Assembly: GCF_006345805.1 (NCBI RefSeq)
Contig: NC_043010.1
Span: 40,486,001 to 40,550,000 of the forward strand
Source: Octopus sinensis
Lineage: Eukaryota
Reading direction: 5' to 3'
Length of the DNA stretch: 64,000 nt
In this document: positions 54,032 through 64,000 of the stretch, piece after piece
Layout: each line of letters begins with the position of its first letter
How positions within the stretch are numbered: position 1 is the first letter of the stretch
Translations under genes and position numbers: made by a program
Notes under the pieces: model-generated
Databases searched by the model: none
What the model was told of the DNA's origin: nothing
The model's input: only the letters and a program-made list of their open reading frames with translations

Positions 54032-54569
54032 TGTTATCATGTACATTGTTTTGTCTTGGTATAAAAGATGGGCTACAGCAAATATTCTGCTCAATACCAC
54101 AGATTTGCTTGTCAGTTGTTTGACCTTAACCAGTTGAGCATGTCCCTTAGTGGCTGACGATATGTGCATCTCTGATCATGAGCAGAAATAATTGGGGAGC
54201 ATCATAGCCATGTGTTGAGAGGGATTCTTTGGGGTTTGAATAATTCACCTTTGGAAACATGGGTGTTTTGTTCAACATCCTTAAGCAACCCTTATTCAGG
54301 GACCTTTTGAACAGGATGGGTTACTCGACCTGAAGAAAATTCTAAGTGGGCCCCACCTGCAAGGTCATGTGCTGTTTATCTTGATATTAGATCACCATGT
54401 TGCGCACATATGGTTGTGATGCATGTGCCTGGGGTACCCTTATCAGACAGGTAGTCATGATGGGTATACTGGGCTTCGTAAATTTTACCCCAGTGTCACT
54501 TTGATGGCATGCACTGCTCTCTCACTCAATAATAATAATAATAATAATAGTAATAGTTTCAAATTTTTT

Positions 54570-54775
54570 CACAAGGGCAGCAATTTTCGAGGAGGGGATG
54601 AGTCGATTACATTGACCCCAGCCCAGTGTTCAACTTTTACTTAATTTATCGACCCCGAAAGGATGAAATGCAAAGTCGACTTCGGCGGAATCTGAACCCA
54701 GAAAGTAAAGACGGACGAAATGCCGCTAAGCATTTTACCCGGCGTGCTAACGATTCTGTCGGCTTGCCGCTTTCA
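54570..54775 (-). mobile_element. Nin/Deu-domain SINE
   Basis: tttatcgaccccgaaaggatgaaatgcaaagtcgacttcggcgg...cggcgtgctaacgattct. Confidence 0.85.
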
Positions 54776-55054
54776 ATAAGAAAAATGATAATAATAATTA
54801 TTATATAACTATATAACTAAATAATTATATAACAAAAGAAATTATATAAGAACTAAAACCAAATCTCACTGAATTAAATGAAATTATTTACGGTGGCGTG
54901 AAGATGGGAGGTTGGTATGCATGGGCGACGGTTGATCTTCCATAAAACCACCCTAGGTTGTGCGTTCGCCGGTGAGGTGACTATCCGCCCAGACCTGTAC
55001 CGCGGAGGGGAACCTCTTAGGTGCACCCAAGGACATTAGTGACCGACGGAGTCC

Positions 55055-56655
55055 AGTTAATTTACGCAGCTGCTAAGACAATTGAAACCAGTTATATGCC
55101 TCTGAAAAACAAAGGAATACAAACCTCAGAAGAATTCCAAAGTGGTAAAGTAAAAATGAAAAAGAGATTGAAATAATGACAGGTGAAATATCAATATTGA
55201 ATGAACTAACCTGTGGAAACGATGTAAAAACCGGAAAAGGAAGACAAATGAAGAGAAAATATACATTCTCACCAATAGAAGAGCTGCTTTCAGAAAAAGA
55301 AACACTGCGTTAAAAAATCAAAGCAAAAGCTCAAAAAATACGAAGACTTGTGAAAAGAAACAAATTTTACAAGCAAAATAAGCTGTTCACATCCAGTGCG
55401 AATACATTCTACCGAGAAATAGGGAAGGCGAAAATAGCCGTCGAAGACCAAACCCGTGCCGTGGAAGAAGTTGAAAAGTTCTGGAAAAATATCTGGAGTG
55501 ATGAAAAGACTTACAAAGGAAAATGCAGACTGGATTAGAAGCACCAAAGGATCCTACCAAAACTTACCACAACCAACATGAGAAGACATCACAATAGCAG
55601 ACCTAAAAACGACATTCATGAAGGCTCATAAGTGGAAATCTCCTGGTAATGATAGGGTGCCAAGTTTCTGATTTGTCTCACTCTCGTGCGCACACAAAAA
55701 GTTAGTCCAGTTATTCAATGCAATTATGAGAGATCCTACGAAAACACCTGATTAGTTAGTAAGAGGCATTACTTACCTACACCCGAAGAATAATGAAACC
55801 AAATTTCGCCAAAACTATCGGCCCATAACATGTCTGTCTACCACGTATAAAATTTTTACATCCATCCTAGTAGAGAAAACATACATATATATGGAACAGA
55901 ACGGTATATTCCCCACTGAACAAAAAGAGGGCCGTCGAGGCTTATATGGATGCAAAGACCATCGCATGATCCTTGAGAACTTTCATAGCACACGAAGAAA
56001 TATCAGTTCTGAATGGATTGATTATAAAAAGGCCTTTAACAACACACTGAATTCATGGATCTTGAAATCGCTGGATATCTTCAATATTTCTCTGGTAATT
56101 TCAAACTTCCTGAAGCACAACACGGCAGTGTGGAATACGAATCTTCAACTATACCACTCTAATAGAGTACTGACCACAAGAATTATTAATATCAACTACG
56201 GCATTGTCCAAACTGACTCACTATCACCTTTAATTTTTGGTATAGCCCTAACGCCCCTTTCAAGTGAATTTAACAGAACAGGGTATAAACATAAAATTGG
56301 CAACAAGAAAATAAGTCATCTATTTTATATGGATGACTTAAAACTCTATGGTCAAAACGATAACGAGCTTGAAGGACTATTACGTACCGTGAAAGCATTC
56401 AGTGGTGATATTGGGATGGAATTTGGACTTGATAAATGTGCTAAGGCCACTTTCCAAAAGGAGAAACCGAAAACCTCACAGTCGGTGTAGTTGGATATTG
56501 ACACTGTCATAAAAGAACTTGAACAGGAACAAACTTGTAAATACCTCGGAATAAATGAGAGCTCTGGCATTCAGCATGCAAGTATGAAAGAGAATATCAG
56601 GAGAGTTCCAGCAGTCCTAAAATCTGAGTTAAATGCACGTAACAAGGTGTTCCTT
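55055..56655 (+). mobile_element. R4/Dong-clade LINE reverse transcriptase region, truncated and decayed
   Basis: IYAAAKTI, KRNKFYKQNKLF, SPGNDRV, YRPITCLSTTYKI; ORF 55891-56490 contains WIDYKKAF, GIVQTDSLSPLIF, SHLFYMDDLKLY and IGMEFGLDKCA. Confidence 0.95.
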
Positions 56656-56869
56656 AGCAAATGAAGACTAAAACATATGACCATACACACACACACACTT
56701 AACACAAGGAGACAGATGTACACACATACATGCAAACACACACACACACACACGCGCACAAAAAAACAAACATGAATATGCAGAATGCATACATATAAAC
56801 GTACACACATACATACATATATATGCATACACACACATACATGCATAAACACATGGATGCATGTATACA

Positions 56870-56900
<31 letters not shown>

Positions 56901-57192
56901 GTGTATGCGCACGCAAACAGCCCCACAAACACGCGCACAAACAATCACAAAGAAAGCAGCTCGGATAACGCACAGGGTCAACGACTATTGAAAAGGTTGC
57001 AGGACGCAACAAAAATTTTAGAAAAAAAAATAAATGAGTAGAAACTAAACCGTGAGTGTGGTAAATGATAATGCACAAAAAGAGATTGACTCTCCCCAGA
57101 CACAACAGAATATTCTTCAACACACGAATTTACATAAAGCATCTTGCAAACCAAATCTCAAAACAAAAAAAATTATATATTATATATATATA

Positions 57193-57251
<59 letters not shown>

Positions 57252-57346
57252 TAATCCAAACATGAAACACAAAGAGAAAACACAACGCGAGGACGTGGAA
57301 CAAGTATAGTGTTATTGGACGCTCAGGAAGGAAAGAAGGCAGGAGT

Positions 57347-57377
57347 TAACGTTTCCAGCGGAGCTCTTCGTCGTCAG
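57347..57377 (-). ncRNA. Degenerate minimal hammerhead motif
   Basis: CUGACGA cga agagc ucc gcug GAAAC GUU A; same layout as 19602-19638, with a 3-nt duplication. Confidence 0.4.
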
Positions 57378-57475
57378 AAACATAGAAAAAGGAAAGATCC
57401 AAGGAAGGGAAGACGAAGGAAAAAAATCGCCAATGATACACACGCTGGCACATATTGAAATGTAAATATATATTG

Positions 57476-57523
<48 letters not shown>

Positions 57524-58705
57524 ACATATATATATATACCATACACACACGGCGAATAGCTTTGAGACTAGGTTTCCGTCTAAGAAACACACTCATAAGA
57601 TTTTAACGTACCCTGCTCTATAATAAAAAATATTCCCCAAATATGCCTCGTAGTGGGATTGAACCAACCCCAAACCATATACTATGAAGCGAACTGCTTA
57701 ACACACATTCACTACAGTGCTTATACCATGCAGATAGAAGTGAATCTTTTATTCAAAGAGAAATCCCAGTATGTGTTTAAAATCAGAAGACTAACCTCGA
57801 ATTTTAAGCTAAAGCCTGCTTCGAGGCAGAAGCGGATCATTCAATGATAGAAGAACGGTCTTTTGTGGAATATAGAAGAATGAACATGCATTTAACTGTA
57901 AATTCGCTTAGATTTATAAGGACGTTTTTGCTTCTAACCTCAAGCGGTGTAAGAATTACATCAAAGACTCACAACTCAGCGGAGAGGTTTGTTACGACGT
58001 AATTGAATTGCCGATGGATATAAAAGCATTGGTGAATTAGAACTGAAAACGAATTGATATATTTGTTACTTACCATCAATTCTTGCTGAAAAGCTGTGGG
58101 TGTGTTCAATTTTGAGAGAAAAAATTGTGTTCCTTGTGTGTTCCTTAAAATGAGATTTTCGTTGTACGAAAATATCATTATCGCTTATGCGATAAAATGA
58201 CGAGGTGTTCGAAATTTTAAGTTTTCTGCTTGTAGAATATGATGATTGACTTGTCAGTGATTGTGAGTAATCCCAACGACCCAGTATACGGTTTAATTAT
58301 ACAAGGATGAATAACGATGCCAAATTTCCTTCTGTCCATGGTTTCTTTCTCTCATAAAATACTTACAATTTTGCATCAGATATATTACAATCTAACAACA
58401 TTTGTTGCTTTCCCAAGTTAATATAAAATATGTTTTCACTTGTATTTCACCTTATCCAACCTTACTCAAAGTGTTGGCCATCACAAAATCTCTCATCCCA
58501 TACAATTATTCTTCCCCTTTCAATCGGGCAGTGTTCTATGCTTTACTTTGTTTCTTGCAAACTATCCCAGATCAGATAACAACAATTCTCTTTTAGTTAA
58601 TTCTATACGTGATAAAATTTACCTGTTCAATTATGCTTGGGCATACGCGAACTCGTGAGAAAACCACTCATTGAATTTTGTCAAGAAAAGAATTTTTCAT
58701 TGTAG

Positions 58706-58862
58706 ATAAATCAATTCGAAGCGCTCTCTAATAAGAATGTTGGATGGATGCATTTCGGAGTGGTTATCTCCATTTTCCGTTATCTGATGCTGAAGAAGAG
58801 ATAACGACTTCGAAATGCATGTATCTAGCAGTCTGCTTAGAGTACGATTCGAATTGATTTAC
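58706..58862. repeat. Imperfect palindrome (about 70-bp arms) carrying decayed hammerhead motifs
   Basis: Right arm CUGAAGA agag-auaacga-cuuc GAAAU gcau GUA; left arm on minus strand gaaaa uggag-auaacca-cucc GAAAU gcau; outer arms aaatcaattcgaa / ttcgaattgattt. Confidence 0.8.
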
Positions 58863-59816
58863 CGTATACGTCTAAATCTTCTCTATGACAAAATACACTG
58901 ATTGATTTTGTCACAGCTTCCAATATGCCCCAAGCATATTTGAACTGGTAACAAGTCAGTATTTATTTAATTGTATTCTTCATTTGCGAAACAGACACAA
59001 TTTTCCTATTCTACTCCTCGTTTTTCGATATCTAACTACAACCAGAGATTTTATGTGTTCCACTAATCATAGCAGCAGAAATTATTGAGCTATTACAGAA
59101 TCTCGCCAATGGATCAATTATTGGTGATGCAGACAATCACCAGTTTCCGAGGATTGCAGACTTTACCGTATATGGAGACTGTTGATAACATTTTATTCTT
59201 TGGTTACTTCGTGAGGTCAGACTATGATAGGTGATATCATCAAAAAGATGTAAAGTCAAGTCATTAGTTAGCATTAAATCTATGATAAGCAAAGGGAATT
59301 TTTACTGAATATAATTTGCAGCAAATTTGCAGCAGACCGTGATATAAATACGCACCCATTCAAATATATAGGCACTGACGCACACAAACACACAGTTAGA
59401 AACAGATACACATGCATATATACATACGTACACGAATATACATATATGTGTGTATGTGTACTCATACACATATAAAGAAGTAAAAAATATATTAATGCAC
59501 GTATTCGCGTATTTCTGAATACACACACACACGTGCACACAAATACATACACACACACACACATATATATATATATATTTATAAACATATACATATATAT
59601 ATATATATACATATATATATAAACACACACACACCTATATAGATATATGTACTTATGCGTACATAGATATATACATGCATGCATACAGTCACATGTATCT
59701 GCATGCGTGTGTTCTTTTGCACGTGCATGTGTGTATGCATAACTTCGTGCCTATATCTATGTTCTTCTATACAGACAGATACACACACAGACACACTCAC
59801 ACCAATGCACATATAC

Positions 59817-59908
<92 letters not shown>

Positions 59909-60049
59909 TGATTGACAGACAGAGACAGAAAGAAAGAGACAGGGACACAGAAGAGAGTCATATAGAAATTAATACCAAGAGGGTTATAACTATGTTCTTA
60001 GACATAGATCCTTCGATTGCAGGTATTGCCGCTGCTCAATCTCCGTTCC

Positions 60050-60910
60050 AAGTGATGCATTTATGCCACCATATAACCCAACACACAGAGAATCTTTGAA
60101 AAAATACACGTGTACACTGTTTGATGTACCCACTTCTACCTCTCTAATTTCTCTTTTTGTGTATTAGCGATAATCGTCCTCGAAGATTATTCTTTGTTGG
60201 AACTCGGTAGGTGCTTTATCTTGTTTCTACGGTGAATAGAGGAATAGTGAGCAGTCCAACTGCCTGATCTGTTGTCAGAGATGTGTACAATTAAGTATTG
60301 TCATGGTGGACGTGGGTAATTCTTGATCGGTCGTACTCTTAATCGCTTTCTGTAAGCTTTTGGAATGTTCCCATATATCGGTCACTGTTTTAGATACAGT
60401 CACATTGTAGGAAATGAAGGAGAATTACACATTTATCATTCGTGAAAACAGCCATCATGAGTTTTGTGCCGATTGTAGGTTCTGGAATATTTAGGGCCTT
60501 GGAGAAAATTTGTGACCCCAATCCATGCACGGAGACTTCGTCACCGGATGATAAAGGTAGGCTCATTTTCGAATCTTTGTCACTAGATCGGAAAATGGTC
60601 TCTTCGTTTGCTTCAAATGCTCCAAGCAGATCAGGTCACACATATAAACTTCCCTCCTCATATTGAAGAACTACCCACTCTTCAGCTATCTTATGTAATG
60701 CATTGTAACAACAGTCCAATTGGGCAAAAAGATCGCGGATATTCATTCGTCTTTTAGCACGGATTAGCTCACATACAGACAGCTAATTCGTATCGGTGGT
60801 TGCAGTTGTTTTTCTTCAAATGAATGATTTCGTGGCTGTTTTGATCTTCTTAAAATCACACCATTTTGTCCACATTATTCATGCCAAATGTGTCGTCATC
60901 TCTGTAATCA
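60050..60910 (-). mobile_element. Decayed mariner (DD34D-type) transposase
   Basis: ATTDTN*LSVCELIRAKRRMNIRDL, SGDEVSVH, KLMMAVFTNDKCVILLHFL...NSDRYMGTFQKL...HVHHDN. Confidence 0.8.
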
Positions 60911-61266
60911 TGTAGCCCTTTGTGAGACACCCTGTGCTACTTTTTTGTCAAGAATTCAAAGGCAGCATGCTGCTTCAACTTGGAACCAATTATTCGCTTG
61001 CAAAGAAAAGAATACACGAGTATGAGTTGAAAGATTTACTCCTACAAATTCAACACTATATGCCCACCTTAGCGTCAATTTCTGTACAAACTTGCATACG
61101 CATACCCATATACATATATACATACATACATACATACATACATACACACGCATACATAAATACATACATACACACACACACACATACGTACATACGTACA
61201 TACATACACACACATACATACATACATACATACATACATACATACATACATACATACATACATACA

Positions 61267-61300
<34 letters not shown>

Positions 61301-61308
61301 CATACATA

Positions 61309-61622
61309 CGTGGCTTAGTGGTTAGGGTATTCCGCTTACGATCGTAAGGTCGTGTGTTCAATTCCCGGCGACACGTTGTGTCCTTGAGCAGGACATTTTG
61401 TTTCCCATTTCTCCGGTCCACTCACCTGGTAAAAATGAGTAGTACCTGTATTTCAAAGGGCCAGTCTTGTCACACTCTGTGTCACGCAGAACTTCTTAAG
61501 AACTACGTTAGAGGGAAAAGTGTATGTGGAGTGCTCAGCCACTTGCAAGTTAATTTCACGAGCAAGCTGTTCCGTTGATCGTATCAACAGAGACCCTAGT
61601 CGTCGTAACCGACGGAATGCCA
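61309..61622 (+). mobile_element. tRNA-Arg(ACG)-like SINE with cgtaaccgacgga tail
   Basis: gtggcttagtggttagggtattccgcttACGatcgtaaggtcgtgtgttcaattccc head; tail as in 27490-27680. Confidence 0.88.
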
Positions 61623-62981
61623 CGATGACATACATGCATACATACATACATACATACAAAAATACCCTGTTGTTGATGTTGAAATTCCAACGAAGGAGAC
61701 TTGGATCTAGGTTAGAAACCGGTTCTTTCTCTGATGGCAAGAAATCTTGAAATAAACTGAATAACGATATATACATACGTACGTAGGTACATACATACAT
61801 GCATACATACATACATACATACATACATACATACATACATACATACATACATACATACATACATACACACATACTTATAGCACACTATTTTTATTTCATA
61901 AATGTTATTCAGAAGAGTAGAGATTGTGGCTTTGACAATTTTATTGTCCCTCCTCCCAGCCCACTATTAGATAGGCAAGATTATTGCAACGGTTGCAAAT
62001 CTTCGGGTCAGTGTCCGTAAAATTAATAAATACACAGGTGGGAAAGTTATTTGTGTGTTTATTACAGATAAACTGCCTCAAAATGTAGCTTAGGATCATG
62101 TTTTATTTACCCGATCAGTGAGTTACACTAACTGCTCCAAATCTGTATACAATGACATGAAATGGTATAATTATTAATAAATACAATAAGTAAATACATT
62201 GGTAAGGCTGGAGTTCCAACAGTGTTCCAATGTAATATAGTCTGGCTGCTTCAAATTTTATTTCATTGAAACTCCATTCTAAAACATACCAGTAAAGATA
62301 ACCATCACAAGTTAGCTTCAGTCTTCTTTTAGAAATGATTGTTTATACTTCAAAGCCATGCCATGACATCATGAATTTATCGTGAATAATACAAATAGTA
62401 ATAAATACAATAATAATATCTTCGAGATAGAAACGTTAGCAATATCTACCGGTGTCTGCAAAACACAACTATTTCAATGAACAGAAATGAAAGAAATACA
62501 ATTGTTATATCATCGACATTCAATGTCAAATAGATATAATAAAGTTGTCAATATATTCCCAAGAGGCAATCGTATCGAACCAAAATCAAACATATCGCTC
62601 TCATAAATAACAAATTAAATACAGAAAACCGATACATGCAACGCGTAGACCTTAACCACAGTAGGAGCAACAACATAGGTTATCATTATTTCTCAAGACA
62701 TAAGCATTGACAACAAGTGTTATCGACAACATGTCAGTAATTTAACAAATAATTATAACAGTTATCTAATACGTTTATCGATCAAAACTCTCATCACTAG
62801 TTGCTTTTTTGTTGATGTTTGTGTTGAAATTGATGCTGTTGTTGGTGGGGTTCATCTTTTTTTTAACGCGAATTGAACAACGAATTTCTTCTTTCTTCTT
62901 ATTTTTATTTAAATCTTTTCCTAATATTATTGACGTACGTTATATTACTCACTTCTACATGACACAGCGCCTCAAGCAAAC

Positions 62982-63031
<50 letters not shown>

Positions 63032-63220
63032 TGTGTGTGTGTGGTGTGTGTGTGTGTGTGTTGTGTGTGTGTGTGTGTGTGTGTGTTGTGTGTGTGTGTC
63101 TGTATATATATGTATGTATGGATAGATGGATATATATGTATGTGTGTGTATATATGCTTATGTATATGTATACATATATTTATATATACCTTTATATATA
63201 TGAATATATATATATATATA

Positions 63221-63395
63221 TACGTGGTCTGATCAATAAGTATCCGGAATGTTGTCATAGTAACGATGCTAAAGCGCGCAAAGTAAAGTCGCTTGGTACA
63301 GATTGATCTTGAACTCTGCTGTGCATGCGCACTAAATTTTAACTTTCCAACTCAATTCCGCTGTTTGCAGCAGTGCTTAGAAGGAAGGTGCTTGG
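63221..63395 (+). mobile_element. Mariner-like left end fragment
   Basis: tacgtggtctgatcaataagtatccggaat directly after (TA)n resembles mariner TIRs; no transposase follows. Confidence 0.6.
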
Positions 63396-63519
63396 ATACT
63401 GTCTCATAAGGAGCAAGCAATAATCGTCACTATTTTCATCTTCAACAATTTCCATTGTCGGGCAATCTCCTATTTTTCCCCTTTCCACTTGACTATTCAT
63501 GGGTCATATATATATAATC

Positions 63520-63551
<32 letters not shown>

Positions 63552-63662
63552 AAAAATATATATACATATATATATATATATTATATATATATATATATAA
63601 TAGTGTGTGTGTGTGGTGTGTGTGTGTGTGTGTGTGTTGTGTGTTGTGTGTGTGTATTTATA

Positions 63663-63981
63663 GAAGGTGCGTGGCCTAGTGGTTAGGGCATTCGCCTCAC
63701 GAACGTATGGTCGTGAGTTCATTTCCCGGCGACGCGTTGTGTCCTTGACCAAGACACTTTATTTCTTGTTGCTCCACTTCATTCAGCTGGCAAAAATGAG
63801 TTGTACATATATTTTAATGGGTCAGCCTTGTCACATTCTGCGTCACGCTGGATCTCCCTGACAACTACGTTAAGGGTTCTCATGGAGTGTGCTCAGCCAC
63901 TTGCACGTTTATTTCACGAGCAAGCTGTTCCGTTGATCGCATCAGCTGGGAACCTCGTCGTCGTAACTAACGGAGTGCTCC
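63663..63981 (+). mobile_element. tRNA-Arg(ACG)-like SINE
   Basis: ggtgcgtggcctagtggttagggcattcgcctcACGaacg head; gtccttgaccaagacact core; cgtaactaacggagtgc tail. Confidence 0.9.
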
Positions 63982-64000
63982 TATATATATATATATTATA

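Overview
AT-rich, microsatellite-dense eukaryotic non-genic or intronic DNA. It is most consistent with an octopus (coleoid cephalopod) genome; this is inferred from the tRNA-Arg-headed SINEs, CORE-like and Nin/Deu-domain SINEs, and the R4/Dong, RTE, Penelope, mariner and Helitron mix. No host protein-coding gene was recognised: most listed ORFs are translations of (TA)n/(CA)n/(CATA)n/(GAA)n repeats or SINE bodies, and only weak exon candidates remain (best: 26882-27080 +). Recognisable content includes dozens of SINEs, decayed R4/Dong LINE pieces (RT, CCHC/restriction-like endonuclease, 3' ends), one RTE 3' end, three distinct Penelope-like (PLE) remnants, several mariner remnants and two non-autonomous Helitrons. 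There is also a ~6.8-kb tandem duplication (about 38290-45085 and 45095-51872) that may be an assembly artefact. The most interesting signal is a set of short, mutually divergent hammerhead-ribozyme (HHR) motifs, some well preserved and others decayed. Most sit beside (TA)n tracts, and several are arranged as inverted pairs or near-perfect palindromes (e.g. back-to-back HHRs at 35676-35795). Other notable structures are a higher-order tandem array of a Nin-domain SINE body, a mariner derivative with two left ends, and a candidate HDV-like pseudoknot upstream of a Dong LINE. All alignments and translations were done by eye, and boundaries of decayed elements are approximate.
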